Source: Vicugna vicugna (lineage: Eukaryota). Taken from it: a stretch of DNA of 64,000 nt. The stretch spans positions 2,269,502 through 2,333,501 of the forward strand of contig MU058059.1 of the NCBI GenBank assembly GCA_013265495.1, written 5' to 3'. The position numbers and the translations under genes are program-made. Below are positions 62,101-64,000 of the stretch, piece by piece. Position 1 is the stretch's first letter; the number at the start of each line of letters is the position of its first letter. The notes under the pieces are model-generated. The model was not told the DNA's origin. It was given only the letters and a program-made list of their open reading frames with translations, and made no database searches.

Positions 62101-63304
62101 TTAGACAAACAAAAATATGGAAGATGATCCGTCAGTTTGTCATGCAGTTTTTAAATTAGTAGTTAACTCTGGCAATAGACTTTATTTACCCATTATTGAA
62201 GTGTCGTTTAGTGGAAGTTACAAATTTTAAGTACTTCTAATCAGAAGGGATCAGATGTGATGGAGAGGGGCAGGTGACTGAAGGATGGTGCACTCTGGCC
62301 TCATGTAACTCTGTGCCTTGGGATAGTGGCTTTCTTCTCCCTTAAACCCACATCGGCCGTGTGAACAGTAACTTGCTGACAGCAGCACAGTGTTTTCAAG
62401 GTGCAGGTTTCTGTCTCCAAGGGCCTCGGTGTATGGTGAAGAAGACTTCACAGATTGATGCTAGAAATGCTGCAGCATAAAATAAAAATTATTTTATTTA
62501 AACTAAAAAAAAAGAAAGAGAAGCGTAGGAGTTACTGACTGTTATTAAAGATTTTAAAATGATTTTTAGATGAAAAAAAAATAGACCATCATTTGGTAGC
62601 CGTGGAGGGACTGGTGTGCCTGCATCTCATCTGTGTGTGAGAGATGCCATTTCTGAGCAGATGTAGGAAAAATGTCTCTGCACGCTAGGGCTGCTGTGTG
62701 TTTCTTCTGTCCAAATGCACGGAGGCTCGGGACTGCTGATTGCTGGAAGTGCTCGTTGGCTGCTTTTCCTGGGAAGATGGGCGTGTTTCTGCTTGCACAG
62801 GGAAAACTGAGCAGATATCTAGCATCGTACGGCTTTGTGGTGCAATGACTCTTTGGAAATAATGAAATGTATCATTCTCTTTGGTCCGTACACCCTACAC
62901 TGGCCATGAACTTGTGCCGGGTAGGGTGTCACTCTCCCTACTGCCACCCCCTGAGAATAGCCATTCTGATTTCCCTCTGCCCAGGGTGTCAGCCCATCGT
63001 GAGCCCACCCGCCCAGCCTGTGGGAGGTGACCTCTTCCCCTGTTCCCTAGTGGGTGCAGACATGTTTGGATTTTGCAGTCCAGTGTGGAAATTTTGATGA
63101 TGTAGTCATGGGGGGATGTGTCTGAACTGGATCCAGAAGTCATCCTTGAGCTCAGAGGAAAGATTGGCCAGTATGCCTTAATGACCTTACCTCTCTTAGG
63201 GTTAATGTGTGCAGAAAAGAAGTAATTCATCTTGACGGTTTTCTCCCCCTTTGGGGATATAGTTCCTTTTTTTTTTTTTTAAATGTGAATCTCAGAATTG
63301 CCTG

Positions 63305-63500
63305 AATAGTAATAATCATGGATACACTTAATGAGCACTTAGTAATTGTTGTGTATTATCTCATGGAATTCTCATAATGATGAGAAGGTACTCACATTAT
63401 CACTTTTGCGGTTGAAGAAATTGAGATTTAGTGGTGTTTAAAGGAGTTTGCCAAGGTTAAGCAGAGCTAAAAGTAGAGGATCTGTCTGCCTGTAAAGCCC
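63305..63500 (-). mobile_element. MIR
   Basis: aataatcatggatacacttaatgagcactt...tattatctcatggaattctcataat...ttttgcggttgaagaaattgag...ttgccaaggtt. Confidence 0.7.
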
Positions 63501-63931
63501 ACGTTTCATAGGACTTTGCTAAAAGCAGTTTCTCTTAATGAGCAAATTTGTAATTGTTGGTTAATGAGCAGAGGGAACACTATTGTCAGTTGCCATCAAG
63601 TTCTTTCTTTATAATCTTGTTTTTAGCATTGGTTTGATGATGCATATCTCTGCTCTGGACTCTCACTTCCTGCGCTTTGGAATTAAAATAGTGTTACATT
63701 TCTAAAAGGAATCCTTATCTGTGTTCAGAAATGGTTCCCAAGTGCCTGGCTGGTTTGACTAGTAAGTGCTGCTCATCGGGACTGCCTTGCAGATGGCTGT
63801 TGCCGCCTCAGCAGCCACATCACCTGCTTGGCTCTTGCTTTCCTCGCAGGACGGCTCTGACACTTTCCCACTTATTTTACATTCCCTTGAGTTTTCATGG
63901 AGGCACTGAAAATGAGGTCCTCTGATTAATG

Positions 63932-64000
63932 ACAGGGTCCTAGTGTAGCACAGGGAACTATATTCAATAGGTTGTAATAATCTATAATGAAAAAGAATTT
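63932..64000 (+). mobile_element. LINE-1 3' UTR fragment running off the window
   Basis: acagggtcctagtgtagcacagggaactatattcaataggttgtaataatctataatgaaaaagaa. Confidence 0.85.

Overview
Mammalian genomic DNA, very probably from a camelid (alpaca, llama or camel). It carries tRNA-derived SINEs matching my recollection of the camelid Vic-1 family and cetartiodactyl-type L1 3' ends, and I saw no Alu, B1/B2, BovB, Bov-tA or PRE elements. I recognise no protein-coding gene, tRNA, rRNA or known ncRNA. The ORF track looks like chance ORFs in GC-rich non-coding DNA or in repeats; the one exception is a decayed L1/HAL1 ORF1 remnant near 56.2 kb. The window is most simply read as part of a very large intron (or gene desert), probably transcribed on +. 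It mixes interspersed repeats (young and old L1 3' ends, L2, MIR, MLT1, one intact ERV1-type solo LTR, hAT and Tigger MITEs) with several repeat-poor, AT-rich, enhancer-like blocks. The best-supported structural observations are: three separate 5'-inverted (twin-primed) L1 insertions; an L1 with a probable short 3' transduction; an internally deleted mini-SINE; an intact solo LTR with octamer and tandem CCAAT repeats; a multi-layer nested repeat stack; a 62-bp near-perfect hairpin inside a MIR; and one candidate 129-nt frame-preserving exon. I found no convincing evidence for a new biological system. Repeat family names come from recalled consensus sequences, not a database search, and boundaries of old repeats are approximate.
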